NCBI GenBank assembly: GCA_904063045.1
Contig: CAJFCJ010000042.1
Location: forward strand, 1 to 64,000
Direction: 5' to 3'
DNA from: Dimorphilus gyrociliatus
Taxonomy: Eukaryota > Animalia > Annelida
Length of the DNA stretch: 64,000 nt
Below, in pieces: positions 62,052-64,000 of this stretch. Numbering within the stretch: the first letter of the stretch is position 1; each line of letters opens with the position of its first letter. A program made the translations under genes and the position numbers. Under the pieces are notes generated by a model that was not told where the DNA came from, did not search any database, and saw only the letters and a list, made by a program, of their open reading frames with translations.

Positions 62052-63319
62052 GGTTCCTGATTTTCCTTTTATAATTGTTGATTACATCCAAAATAGTAAG
62101 TTTGTTGACAATGTAGGATTCTTGGACCTTTTCCCACAAGAATTTCAAGCAAATTTAATATTGAAGGTGTTTTTCAATACTAATATTTTGCTTGGCGGCC
62201 ATTTTGTAACCGTAGTTTTTTTTATTTACTTCCATTTTTTATATTTAGATCTATTTTAGTTCAGTGGAATTACATTTATACGAAATTTATAGTCAATTTT
62301 TATCAAATATGTGAACAATTTTATGATTAAGAGTTGCGAATTTTTTACAAATAATGGAATAATATAAAAGGGTAATGCTAAAACAAGGACTACACTGGTA
62401 CCTGTAAAGAATGTGAAATATATATTAAAAATTGACATGAACAGTTGCCCTCCATACTGAAAAAATAATATGACACATGGATTTTTGAATATTTATAAAC
62501 AACTTAATAGTTTATCAAAAACCCTAAGAAAACTAGATTCAAGAGATTGCTAAAGAATTATTCCATAATAGAAACAGTAGACCTATCATACAATAAAAGA
62601 ATTTGAAATGGTTATTTAAATATTTGTTAAGGATTTCAATAGTCAAAATATGTCCAACAGAAAATTATAGATGAAATTCAATGCAGGTGTGCTTTCTTGT
62701 ATTGTAATTGTAGAAATATCTGGTTCATCACAACAGAGGTAGACCTTTCCAATCATTTACTAATTTACCAAAGTATTCAAACAAATAAAACTTTTGAAGT
62801 TTGTCAACAAATAGTCGTAATAAATGTACTTTCTGTCGAAATTCATCAACAAAATACAGTATTTCAGTCAAAGAATATATTCTGAGTAAAATGAGATACT
62901 AGTTGTAAACAAACAAGTTAAAATAACAAATAGATGGTTAGAAAAGTGAACTTTTAACTGTTAATTTTGTGGGGTTAATACACTATTTTAAGGGTTCATA
63001 ATTTTCTAATTTGAACGTTCACAAAAACAAAGGTAACATTCGATGACAATGAAAAGTTCTAAATATGGTCATTCTTTTATTGTTTTCTTCTTCTAAAAAA
63101 TAGTTGAAGGTTGGAGAGTTACATAAGATGCAAACAATTTTATCTATGACAAGTCAAAGAAGGAAGAAAACATGGGTTTAATTGTAATGTTTATAATATG
63201 ACAATTACAGATACAAATATGCCAAATTATATGCGAGAAATAGACACATAGCTATCAAAACTGGTATACTTTTACTCTTGTTGTATTTCTAGGCCTATTT
63301 CTTTACTTTATAAGGTCAG

Positions 63320-64000
63320 GACAAAGACATTTATTTATTGATAGATTGTCTGTATGGAAAAGTAGCATAATCCTTTTGACTTTCAGTTAAAAAAGTTTTT
63401 ATAAATTGGAATTTCTTTAAAATTAAATTTCTTTTCAAATGTACTCAGATTCATACTAAATGAATCTGATGGTTTTCCATATTGTCCATCCAAACATTGG
63501 ACAAATGCAATGGATTTTAGAAATTTAGTATCATAGTAACTGAAGTAGGTATTGAACTTGCTGTTGTGTTGTAAAACAGTTGAATTGCCTTAAAATATAT
63601 TTCTCAAAGAAGAAGACTGGTGAAACAAAATTGGCTTTTGCTTGAAGTAAAATTTTCCAAATATTACAATCTTTGTAAGTTTTATATTCTAGAATTTCAA
63701 TATTATCAATAGATTTCCATGAACTTTTGCTTGTAAATTCTAGGTACAAATTATTATTTATTAGTATTCTGAAAAAGCTCCTTAATGATTGTTCCACCCC
63801 ATTGGGATATGCTCGAAGAAGATTTTTAATACAGCAGAGTAATTCCCCCGATTGGCCAAATTCTTTTCCAATTCCAAAGGATTTTGCTTGAATGTACTTG
63901 TCCTGATCATTTTCAAGTCTTAGCCTCATGTTTTCAATAATACTAATTTTTTCATGACAAATATTTAGCTCACTTTTATCAATCCAATCAACATTGCAAA
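63320..64000 (-). pseudogene. Sacsin-like fragment (start of an SRR/HSP90-like repeat), frameshifted and internally deleted; runs off the window
   Basis: CNVDWIDKSELNICHEKI...SFGIGKEFGQSGELLCCIKNLLRAYPNG, then after a 1-nt shift IIKELFQNT, matching the sacsin FGQ.E.L..RIK.IL.AYP...LKELLQNADDA motif. Confidence 0.75.

Overview
AT-rich eukaryotic (animal) genomic DNA, not prokaryotic. It has GT-AG introns of about 50-70 bp, TTAGGG-like motifs inside repeats and a Pol III tRNA. The style fits a compact-genome lophotrochozoan invertebrate; this is an inference and no taxon is proven. The window is a rapidly evolving accessory region of secreted/receptor genes and their pseudogenes mixed with transposon debris. 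Host genes include four ribonuclease-inhibitor-type LRR genes, F-type lectin/F5-8C genes and SRCR-like exons. There is a GRL101/LGR-type GPCR (5 LDLa + LRR + 7TM) whose tail splices in frame into a kinase-like domain, with a decayed tandem paralog. A SUEL-lectin gene carries 25 tandem 305-bp exon-intron units each encoding a PAN/Apple domain. Two small signal-pro-Cys peptide genes are missed by the ORF track. A tRNA-Ile(AAT) and a sacsin fragment are also present. Mobile DNA comprises two Tc1 (DD34E) elements, two mariner (DD34D) remnants, a PHD-FLYWCH-MULE transposon, several MITE families, and a Ty3/Gypsy remnant with an env-like glycoprotein in frame with integrase. An assembly gap (155 N) lies at 30563-30717. 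All domain calls come from motif recognition by eye; no database search was run.
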